This document shows, one piece after another, positions 1 through 6,345 of a stretch of 11,545 nt of DNA (its first letter is position 1; each line of letters begins with the position of its first letter). The DNA is taken from IMG/VR virus record IMGVR_UViG_2713896785_000013. One strand, given 5' to 3'. The stretch comes from a virus. Its lineage: Duplodnaviria; Heunggongvirae; Uroviricota; Caudoviricetes. The notes below the pieces were generated by a model. It saw only the letters and a list, made by a program, of their open reading frames with translations. It did not search any database and was not told the DNA's origin. The translations under genes were made by a program, and so were the position numbers.

Positions 1-158
1 AACACTTTTGTGGCAAAGCATGGTGCCGGGTGCCTCCCGGTGAATTCAGTATCAGCACCTGAATCCGCGATTATCCCATATACCTGGTTGCTGATCGCCC
101 CTCCGCACAGGGGGATTCACCATGCAGAAGTGTTTTTAATAAACAGCAAACAAAAAAA

Positions 159-326
159 TCAAGCATTATGCAGGCTGTTTCTTTTTATCACCGGCCACAG
201 CAATACCANAATGCCGCAGACCAGCACCCCATCCGCCAGCACCGACATGATTCTGCTGGTGAAATCCACCATCACCACCAGAAACAGCAGGAGTGCAGCC
301 ACAGCCAGGCGCAGTTTTACCGTCAC
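159..326 (-). CDS. Small hydrophobic protein (about 55 aa, two predicted TM segments), translationally coupled to the upstream TerB-like gene
   Basis: GTG start overlaps the TGA of the upstream gene (GTGA). Translation VTVKLRLAVAALLLFLVVMVDFTSRIMSVLADGVLVCGIxVLLWPVIKRNSLHNA is hydrophobic. Ambiguous base at 209. Below the 60-aa ORF-track cutoff, found by manual translation. Confidence 0.3.
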   Translation of the reverse strand: MTVKLRLAVAALLLFLVVMVDFTSRIMSVLADGVLVCGIXVLLWPVIKRNSLHNA

Positions 327-755
327 AGGTGATTCTCCAGACGAAGACCCAGAACACCGGCAATCTCTTCCAGCACCTTGCGCTCTTCCGGCTCAATTTC
401 GCCGTCTGCCTCCGCAATGGCCACCGCCACATCCAGCACATCTTCCGCTTCACGCGTATCGTGTTTCACATCCTCGATCTCACGTAACGCCGCACGACGA
501 CCAGTTTTAAAGTTCGTATCCAGCTGACCGATAATGGTTGCGCTAATCGCATTAATTTCTGACGTAAACGCGGACAGCGCAGGCTGATTACGCAGTACCT
601 GTTCGATCTTCGCTTTCTAGGAAGCCTCACATTCACCATCTGCATAGGCCACCAGGTAGGCGGCGTTAATCACCACCTGTGCCAGATCGCGTTTTTCAAA
701 CTTTTTAATTTCCGTTGCCGCTCTGCGGGCTTTTTTTACCAAAAATACCAAACAT
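323..755 (-). pseudogene. TerB-family (tellurite-resistance TerB-like) protein gene, apparently disrupted by a frameshift and an in-frame amber codon
   Basis: ATG at 755 preceded by AAGGAA. Manual translation gives MFGIFGKK then, after a +1 frame slip in the T7 run at 731-737, ...AYADGECEAS*KAKIEQVL...AEADGEIEPEERKVLEEIAGVLGLRLENHL with repeated acidic ADGE motifs typical of TerB. In-frame TAG at 617-619, stop TGA at 323-325. Confidence 0.45.
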
Positions 756-889
756 CGTGACGTTCCTTTGGGTGGGTGAGCCAACGCCCGGGAGCGATCT
801 GCCCACAGAGAAAGTCACACTGACCACTCCGTAAGCTCCCCCCCCCGAAAGGCTCTGTGGTTGGTATGCGCCGGGCGTGGCGCAGATAC

Positions 890-913
890 AAAAAAGGCCC
901 GCAAAAGCGAGCC
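890..913 (-). terminator. Rho-independent terminator downstream of the tRNA cluster
   Basis: On the minus strand, GGCTCGC-TTTT-GCGGGCC hairpin (7 bp including one G-U pair) followed by a TTTTTT run. Confidence 0.5.
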
Positions 914-929
914 GGGAAAATAAGTGTAG

Positions 930-1003
930 CGCGTTGTACTGGAGTCGAACCAGTGACCGATTGCTTAGAAGGCAATTGCTCTGTCCTGCTGAGCTAACAA
1001 CGC
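930..1003 (-). tRNA. tRNA-Arg (anticodon UCU), phage-type rare-codon tRNA; CCA not encoded
   Basis: Manual cloverleaf: acceptor GCGTTGT/ACAACGC, D-arm GCTC...GAGC, anticodon stem ATTGC/GCAAT with loop CTTCTAA, T-arm ACTGG-TTCGACT-CCAGT. Confidence 0.8.
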
Positions 1004-1016
1004 AGAATACCGATAA

Positions 1017-1092
1017 TGGACCACCACCGGGGACTCGAACCTCGCACACTCAACTTAAAGGGTTGACGCTCTTTCCTGATGGCTAGTGGCGG
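1017..1092 (-). tRNA. tRNA-like element, probably degenerate (apparent anticodon UUU with C at position 33, weak D-stem)
   Basis: Acceptor stem CCGCCAC/GTGGTGG, anticodon stem TCAAC/GTTGA with loop CCTTTAA, T-loop TTCGAGT with one T-stem mismatch, 3' CCA present. D-stem forms only two pairs. Confidence 0.35.
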
Positions 1093-1093
1093 T

Positions 1094-1143
1094 TGGTGGC
1101 CCTTGCTGGATTTGAACCAGCGACCTGGCGATTATGAGTCGCT
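1094..1143 (-). tRNA. tRNA with CAU anticodon (Ile2/lysidine-type or Met, ileZ-like), 3' two-thirds only; 5' part lost in the assembly gap
   Basis: 3' end ...GGTCGCTGGTTCAAATCCAGCAAGGGCCACCA and anticodon loop CTCATAA closely resemble E. coli ileX/ileY as recalled. Sequence runs into the N stretch at 1144. Confidence 0.7.
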
Positions 1144-1193
1144 NNNNNNNNNNNNNNNNNNNNNNNNNNNNNNNNNNNNNNNNNNNNNNNNNN
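1144..1193. other. Assembly gap (50 N)
   Basis: Run of exactly 50 n; true length unknown. Confidence 0.95.
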
Positions 1194-1240
1194 TCTCCTC
1201 CACCAGCGCATTCACCATGTCTATCCGAGATAAGTGGCAC

Positions 1241-1263
1241 AAAAAAACCCGCTTGTGGGCGGG
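1241..1263 (-). terminator. Candidate tR'-like intrinsic terminator just downstream of Q
   Basis: Hairpin CCCGC-CCACAA-GCGGG followed on the minus strand by TTTTTTT (A7 at 1241-1247 on plus). A weaker T-run also follows on the plus strand. Confidence 0.5.
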
Positions 1264-1311
1264 TTTTGTTTGCTTTTGCCATCACGTACAAAATCGGCAA
1301 AATATCAGATT

Positions 1312-1347
1312 TGCATGAAATATATGCCTTTCAATCTACTTTTGCAA
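1312..1347 (-). promoter_or_regulatory. Candidate late promoter (pR'-like) overlapping the 3' end of Q
   Basis: On the minus strand TTGCAA (1347-1342), 17-nt spacer, TATATT (1324-1319). Position immediately after Q and about 50-70 nt before the hairpin fits the lambdoid pR'/qut/tR' layout. Confidence 0.3.
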
Positions 1348-2020
1348 CACTTTGCTTTGAAAATGCCGCCTTTTGTTTTGAACGTGTTCTCATTACAAAT
1401 AATAAAGCCTCACTATCCAGTCGGTGAAAAATGTGTTTCATTGCAACCCAGTGACGAGTAAATGTTTTGGACCAGTTTTTAGTTGTCACTCCCGCCAGTA
1501 ATGCCAGCTCCTGATATTCATAACCTTCCCCACCAAAAAGTTCTGCTTTTACTGCCTGCGCCGCCAGCCAGATTAATTTTTTCAGGCGTTCCTGCGTTTT
1601 CCCAGCAATTTTTCTGGTACCGGATTGAGTATTAAATTCATTCCACGCCCACTGTGTTATCGCGATCTGATATTCCCAACAAATACTCCCGCTGTAACAC
1701 CACAACAACCAGGCTTTATGATGTTCTTCAAGAGACAGAACAGCCCGCCGCCACGATGATGTCGAAAACTCAACCGGACTGACCAGAGGAATTGACGTCA
1801 CCTTCGCCAGCGATTGCTTTCCCGGGATTGGTGGATTATCCCGCGTTATCATTTTTCCAGTCACTTCATCGCGGTACCGGATTTTTTTTCGCCTGTAACG
1901 CCCTGTATCGAACATGGCATTCTCCTGCCAGGCTTCAAGCTGACCTTTTGTTGCCCCACTCAAATCAGCGGTGGCGATAATGAGCTGCTCACGCACAAAC
2001 TGTAAATAGTGGTTATTCAT
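1331..2020 (-). CDS. Late antitermination protein Q (large Qin/QuuQ-type)
   Basis: About 229 aa from an ATG that overlaps the rusA stop (ATGA). Sits directly downstream of rusA and upstream of the tRNAs and promoter/terminator pair; size matches the roughly 250-aa Q class. Confidence 0.7.
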   Translation of the reverse strand: MNNHYLQFVREQLIIATADLSGATKGQLEAWQENAMFDTGRYRRKKIRYRDEVTGKMITRDNPPIPGKQSLAKVTSIPLVSPVEFSTSSWRRAVLSLEEHHKAWLLWCYSGSICWEYQIAITQWAWNEFNTQSGTRKIAGKTQERLKKLIWLAAQAVKAELFGGEGYEYQELALLAGVTTKNWSKTFTRHWVAMKHIFHRLDSEALLFVMRTRSKQKAAFSKQSVAKVD

Positions 2021-2382
2021 GCGCACTCCAGTTCTGTGATTTTTATCCCCAGCCGCCCACCAGGAACGAGCTGACCGCGCACAATATTGATTTCATCAAA
2101 CTGCTCGTCGTCTATGAGAAGTCCGGCATGCGTCAGCACATCCAGTGGTGCTTTCAGGATATTGTCCAGGTCACGACGGCGCTTATCCGGTGGCTCTGCA
2201 ATAATCTTTATCACCAGCCTTCCGGACAGGTTTAATTTCAGCCGCTGCTGGCGAACAATTAGCGCCACATCACGGCGATAACGCTTTCCGGCTTCCGAGA
2301 TGAAATACGTATTGCCATGACGTCGCCAGTAGGTATTCACCGTCGGCGGGTAAGGCAAAACAAATTCTATCCGTTCAGTCAT
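2017..2382 (-). CDS. rusA: Holliday junction resolvase RusA
   Basis: 121-aa product MTERIEFVLPYPPTVNTYWRR...PPDKRRRDLDNILKAPLDVLTHAGLLIDDEQ... carries the RusA catalytic Asp motif region and the expected size and position upstream of Q. Confidence 0.9.
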   Translation of the reverse strand: MTERIEFVLPYPPTVNTYWRRHGNTYFISEAGKRYRRDVALIVRQQRLKLNLSGRLVIKIIAEPPDKRRRDLDNILKAPLDVLTHAGLLIDDEQFDEINIVRGQLVPGGRLGIKITELECA

Positions 2383-2724
2383 TCATGCTTTCCACTTCAG
2401 GACACCCGAATTTCTCGCGTGCATTAAAAAACGAATCAGCAACAACAGCTGGCTGCCGTGTTTTTCTTCAAAATCTTTTACCCCGGCGTGCAGTTCGTTA
2501 TGACATTTACGGCACAGCGGAATAACAAACAAATCATCAGCCTTTGTTCCCATCCCTCCCAGTCCATGACCAATGATGTGATGCGGATCATCTGCCTGAT
2601 TACCGCACGTCATGCATTTCTGCGTTTTTACCCAGCGCGTGTATACAGGCATCTCTTCCCGTTGTGGTTTCTGGCGCTGGAGATACTGAGCCGGTGACTC
2701 CGGATCAACGGCAATGCTGACCAC
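2383..2724 (-). CDS. YbcO-like (DUF1364-type) zinc-binding nin-region protein, putative nuclease
   Basis: Cys/His pattern C-x2-C ... HH ... C-x2-CH in the product, placed immediately upstream of rusA as ybcO is in DLP12. Start is GTG at 2724 (SD AGGAAAAG) or an internal ATG at 2652. Confidence 0.55.
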   Translation of the reverse strand: MVSIAVDPESPAQYLQRQKPQREEMPVYTRWVKTQKCMTCGNQADDPHHIIGHGLGGMGTKADDLFVIPLCRKCHNELHAGVKDFEEKHGSQLLLLIRFLMHARNSGVLKWKA

Positions 2725-3439
2725 CGTCTTTTCCTGTGGCGGGTTTTGCTGGTGGGCGTGAGGCAGCGGCGCAAGATTTTTTTGTGCGCTGCTTCAGTAT
2801 GATGGTGGCGGTCTGCTCTCCCGGTACGATGTCGCTTTCACGGTACATTGAGCGGATTTTTTCCGCACGCAACCCCAGCGAACGACGTAATACCGCTTCC
2901 GGTTGCGCGTCCGCCACCTGATTGCGGACCGCCCACCAGGATAATTCAGCCAGAGATAATTCACGCTCCTGCGTACCGCTTATTGCGTGACCGATGACGT
3001 CAATCATCCATGCTGACAGGTTTTGATGAGCAAGTTGCTCGAGTGATTCGGATGTCTGGTCACGCAGCTGGTTGTCGCAGTGCCAGCACAACACCATTGC
3101 GCCGGTACCATAACGGTGAATAACGGTTTCACTGTGATGATAGTCACCATGAGGCCACTGGCAGGATTTGACATGACGCAACAGCCAGTCAGACAGTGCA
3201 CCAGCGCCACCAACAGCACGAATCACACGCTCATTGCTGAAAAACGGCAGTAATGATTTATCCTCCGCCAGCGGCTGGCGAACGGCAGGGACGATGCCGG
3301 ACGGCAGACCGCGCATGCTTTTCGGTTCCGGCTCCACAAGCACTCGAGGGTTATGGAATACCTGCATGGATTCACGGCCTGGTTTAAGGACCTCCAACCC
3401 AAGTTCCGGTACCGGAACAGGTCGAAGTAATACCCGCAC
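2705..3439 (-). CDS. DUF968-like (YdfU-like) phage protein
   Basis: Long ORF with a His/Cys-rich core (WPHGDYHH...LCWHCDNQL). GTG start at 3439 preceded by GGAGG, which overlaps the upstream stop; an internal ATG at 3367 is an alternative start. Confidence 0.5.
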   Translation of the reverse strand: MRVLLRPVPVPELGLEVLKPGRESMQVFHNPRVLVEPEPKSMRGLPSGIVPAVRQPLAEDKSLLPFFSNERVIRAVGGAGALSDWLLRHVKSCQWPHGDYHHSETVIHRYGTGAMVLCWHCDNQLRDQTSESLEQLAHQNLSAWMIDVIGHAISGTQERELSLAELSWWAVRNQVADAQPEAVLRRSLGLRAEKIRSMYRESDIVPGEQTATIILKQRTKKSCAAASRPPAKPATGKDGGQHCR

Positions 3440-3440
3440 G

Positions 3441-3719
3441 TTACCTCCAGATGCGTTGCTGGAATGTGCGGGACGGACGCGGTGGGCGCTCGGAGTACGG
3501 CAGCCTGACGTAGATTATCCAGTGACGATAATCGAGGCTGAGGGCTTTCCTAAACTCATACCCACGTCTGCGGTAGTTCTGAATCAGCCATTCGGCCTGT
3601 TCTTCAGTGCATGGGGCGTGCCGGAACCAGTCAGATTTGAATGCATGAGAACGCCGCCCGTGCCTGCTGGCAAAGACGGCTGAATTATCAGAATTGTGTA
3701 GTCTGGAATTTTGCGCCAT
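3441..3719 (-). CDS. Hypothetical phage protein (92 aa), possibly the N-terminal part of a YdfU-like protein
   Basis: ATG at 3719 with SD GGAGA at 6-nt spacing. Abuts the DUF968-like ORF in a different frame. Confidence 0.45.
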   Translation of the reverse strand: MAQNSRLHNSDNSAVFASRHGRRSHAFKSDWFRHAPCTEEQAEWLIQNYRRRGYEFRKALSLDYRHWIIYVRLPYSERPPRPSRTFQQRIWR

Positions 3720-3788
3720 CGGCTTTCTCCGGTGGCACAGTGTTACTCAACAGGGGTTCAGCCCTGCGCTGAATTGTAGATGAATTCA

Positions 3789-4049
3789 CTAATCTTCAAA
3801 AGCAGAAAAACCAGCCTTAATCCCAGCTTCTTTCAGAGACGGCAACGATGTGACAAATTCATTTGCACGCAAAATAAAACCATCCGTCACAAGCCCATCC
3901 ACAAAATGAATTAACGCAGCTCCACTCTTCCTTTGTTGAGACTGTAAACATTTAATACGGCAGTGGCTGACAATAGCGCCCTTCTCAACGCGCACAGTAT
4001 AGAGGCCATCTTCACTAAAAATTTCACGTAATTCTTCGATTCTCATCAA
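3789..4049 (-). CDS. Hypothetical small protein (86 aa), Rem-like by position only
   Basis: ATG with GGAAGGA upstream. Lies between hok and the DUF968-like gene, where rem (83 aa) lies in Qin. No sequence-level recognition. Confidence 0.45.
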   Translation of the reverse strand: MMRIEELREIFSEDGLYTVRVEKGAIVSHCRIKCLQSQQRKSGAALIHFVDGLVTDGFILRANEFVTSLPSLKEAGIKAGFSAFED

Positions 4050-4171
4050 CAGAATCCTTCCAGATAAATAGCACTCCCCTGTTCGGGGTCCATCCCTCTT
4101 CTCCCTGCGCGCTACTTAAGTATTTTTGATTCTATTCCGGCGCCGTCCGGAACTTCAAACGCGTTGAAAAT

Positions 4172-4197
4172 AAAAACAAAAACCCGCCGAAGCGGGT
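4172..4197 (-). terminator. Rho-independent terminator at the 3' end of the hok transcript
   Basis: Minus strand ACCCGC-TTCG-GCGGGT hairpin followed by TTTTTGTTTTTATTTT. Confidence 0.6.
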
Positions 4198-4266
4198 TAA
4201 GTGCGGGTGCGTTGAGGATGCCTGACACATCAGAGGTGGCGAGGGATTTCTCCCCCGCCTGGTCTC

Positions 4267-4392
4267 TTACTCCTCAGGTTCGTAAGCTGTGAAGACNNNN
4301 NNNNNNNNNNNNNNNNNNNNNNNNNNNNNNNNNNNNNNNNNNNNNNAACAGATGACGATCAGGGCGATTAACATCGCCTTTTGCTGCTTCAT
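4267..4392 (-). CDS. hokD: Hok/Gef-family membrane toxin (HokD/RelF-like), interrupted by an assembly gap
   Basis: N-terminus MKQQKAMLIALIVIC and C-terminus VFTAYEPEE match recalled HokD. SD AAGGAG upstream of the ATG at 4392. The middle of the gene is the 50-N gap, so length and frame across it are unreliable. An in-frame upstream ATG at 4449 is in the mok position. Confidence 0.8.
   Translation of the reverse strand: MKQQKAMLIALIVICXXXXXXXXXXXXXXXXXVFTAYEPEE
4297..4346. other. Assembly gap (50 N) inside hok
   Basis: Run of exactly 50 n. Confidence 0.95.
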
Positions 4393-4584
4393 AGCCTGCT
4401 TCTCCTTGACCTTTCGGTCCGTAAGAGGCAATCTATATGTGACGAGCATATAGGGGCCTCACTTCGATTTATAGTCGGGTGGGGCTTTTATCTATCTGCC
4501 GTTGGTGTTCATGCCCGAGGCAGATAGCCTCAAGCACCCGCAGCAATCCTACTTAACTCTGCCGTTACAGCAAACCGTTTTCGC

Positions 4585-4608
4585 CCGATATGGGAATTCC
4601 CATATCGG
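4585..4608. repeat. Perfect 24-bp palindrome CCGATATGGGAATTCCCATATCGG
   Basis: Exact reverse-complement symmetry read directly. Lies between the binding-protein gene stop (4728) and the hok leader. Confidence 0.6.
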
Positions 4609-4727
4609 AATGAATTCAGTTCACCTGGCGAGGCTTAGCGTACAATTTTTTCCGTTTTGTGAGCTGCCCCTACATGCCGCTGGCGCGGCATCCGGAAAAA
4701 GAATCCACGTCCTGAAGGACGAGGATG

Positions 4728-5486
4728 TCAAGTGCCTTTCCTGGTCCAGCCATATTTTTTGAATGCAGGCGCCGCTTCATCGGTTTGTAGCCATTCTGCA
4801 AATCGACGGGTTTCATCATTTGCATCCTGACGTACTGTAATGTTCATATCACGCCATATCACGTAGTCTGGCGCTATTTCCACGACATCACCAATTTCTG
4901 GATTACTGGCTGCCCAGTCAGCCCAGGTTATCCAGACATCTGCTCCAGGCTGATTCTCAAGAGCCTTACGTGCAGTTCCGCTATTGGGCGCATATAAAAT
5001 AATATTTTTTCGGATTGCGGCGACAGTTTCTATATTCCCTTTACGTCCGGCAATATCTTCCCAGACGCCAGTGCCTGATGTATTACTGGTACCACCACCA
5101 TCATTAACAATTACGCCAATCCCAGGTCTGGTCAGGTCGTCAATACTCCGGATATTTTTAGGATTACCTTTCTTTACCAGTAAAATACTTTTTCGCAGAT
5201 AAAGAGGCTGAATATCTTTTTCACTGAAGCTGTCTTTATGGTCCCGAATGATAGCCAGAGCAGATTGTTCTGATGCGCCAAACAAGATATCTGCATTTTT
5301 TTTGGCATCTTCATTCCATTTGTTCTGTGGGCCGTAATGAACGTTCACTATAATACCTGTTTTTTCGGCATAAAGTTTGGCTGCATCAAGCAAGGCTGTA
5401 TGCGGGCCACCAGGACCATACAGATTGATATCAGCATAAGCAGCAGAAGACAGGAATATTAAAAAACCTGCCATTATGTTCCTCAT
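4728..5486 (-). CDS. Secreted periplasmic substrate-binding protein, ModA-like (molybdate/tungstate-type PBP fold), orphan
   Basis: Strong SD AAGGAG and signal peptide MRNIMAGFLIFLSSAAYA. GIIVNVHYGPQ...ADILFGASEQS and the C-terminal FKKYGWTRK resemble recalled ModA segments. Gene and upstream region are visibly AT-rich; no permease or ATPase gene nearby. Confidence 0.65.
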   Translation of the reverse strand: MRNIMAGFLIFLSSAAYADINLYGPGGPHTALLDAAKLYAEKTGIIVNVHYGPQNKWNEDAKKNADILFGASEQSALAIIRDHKDSFSEKDIQPLYLRKSILLVKKGNPKNIRSIDDLTRPGIGVIVNDGGGTSNTSGTGVWEDIAGRKGNIETVAAIRKNIILYAPNSGTARKALENQPGADVWITWADWAASNPEIGDVVEIAPDYVIWRDMNITVRQDANDETRRFAEWLQTDEAAPAFKKYGWTRKGT

Positions 5487-5650
5487 AAAAAACTCCTTTT
5501 ATTGGTTATCATGAAATAAAGTTATAAACACTACAAATAATATATATTACATCCAGATAAACTTATCCGACTTTACCTCGTGCATAGCTTGTTATTTAAA
5601 GTCAACAAAATAAGGAAAATTATACGCATATTGAAGAGTATAAACCTTAC

Positions 5651-5678
5651 ATGTTGATTACATTTTTGTAATCAACAT
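5651..5678. repeat. 28-bp palindrome ATGTTGATTACA-TTTT-TGTAATCAACAT in the AT-rich region upstream of the binding-protein gene
   Basis: Perfect 12-bp inverted arms with a 4-nt spacer, about 165 nt upstream of the gene start. Confidence 0.5.
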
Positions 5679-5904
5679 CCTGTTTGGAATAGCCAGCCTT
5701 TAATGGATAACTATTTCTGACAATGCAATGAGTATAATCAAGTCCATCTTCCACTGAGAATTAGAGGCGGCATGCTTTTTCCGGCTCTTGCCGGATATCC
5801 GTAATTGTCCATAATCTGCAGATTTATACCTTCTGCATGACCTGTCAGCGAAAATTTGTCCGGTGTTTCTACGGGAATGACATCAAAAGTTACACGCACT
5901 CGCG

Positions 5905-6216
5905 TTACCGTGTAGACCTACTTTCCTGCACTTGCAAGATCACAGTGGTGTAACCGTAACAGGAATTTATTCTCTGGACCGGCAGTAAATCCCTGAGTGG
6001 CGTGGTTCCCATATCAATTTCCCGCCAGGCAGCCTCCATTGCCAGCGTACAGGCTGGAGCCATGACCTGCCCTTTAAATCTGGCCCGACCATCCCACCGG
6101 ACGTGTTCTTCTCCCCTGAACTTAGGTACAGTCATCTCCAGTGGCACAAAAGTGTCAGCGCCATAATTTTTGACCGTTATCGCGCTACGGATATTTTGTT
6201 GACTGGTGAAAATCAC
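5905..6216 (-). CDS. Hypothetical ORF, possibly a gene remnant
   Basis: ORF-track frame only; GTG start, no convincing RBS and no recognisable family. Confidence 0.25.
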   Translation of the reverse strand: MIFTSQQNIRSAITVKNYGADTFVPLEMTVPKFRGEEHVRWDGRARFKGQVMAPACTLAMEAAWREIDMGTTPLRDLLPVQRINSCYGYTTVILQVQESRSTR

Positions 6217-6345
6217 CCCGCAGAATCAGGCTTATTCCCTTAACCCGGGCTTTCATCCTGACCGCCGCCTCACTACGACCAATCAGACTGCCGATGCATT
6301 TTACCTTCATTGTTAGTATCATGATTTCAGGCCTGCACCATCCGC

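Noticed and set aside
10-510. Plus-strand ORFs 10..510 and 293..487, and minus-strand ORF 166..453
   Set aside because: They lie antisense to or out of frame with the TerB-like gene and small membrane protein, have no RBS and give low-complexity Pro/His-rich translations.
1-900. Lysis cassette (holin, endolysin, Rz) or Shiga-toxin genes expected downstream of Q and the tRNAs
   Set aside because: None found by manual translation of about 900 bp downstream of the tRNAs; they may lie beyond the window edge.
705-1086. ORFs 705..1049 (-), 736..975 (-) and 877..1086 (+)
   Set aside because: They run across the terminator and tRNA genes; only the last 16 codons of 705..1049 are real, being the start of the TerB-like gene.
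1055-1461. ORFs spanning the N gap (1055..1300, 1079..1318, 1134..1427, 1234..1461)
   Set aside because: Reading frames across an arbitrary 50-N placeholder are meaningless, and the region is explained by tRNA, terminator and promoter elements.
1792-3683. Plus-strand ORFs inside Q, rusA and the nin-like genes (1792..1980, 1814..2005, 2087..2281, 2458..2697, 2736..2921, 3234..3683) and minus ORF 3004..3219
   Set aside because: Embedded in or antisense to better-supported minus-strand genes with coupled starts and stops.
4502-4762. Plus-strand ORF 4502..4762 (86 aa)
   Set aside because: Lies in the hok leader and palindrome region and overlaps the binding-protein gene 3' end; no RBS.
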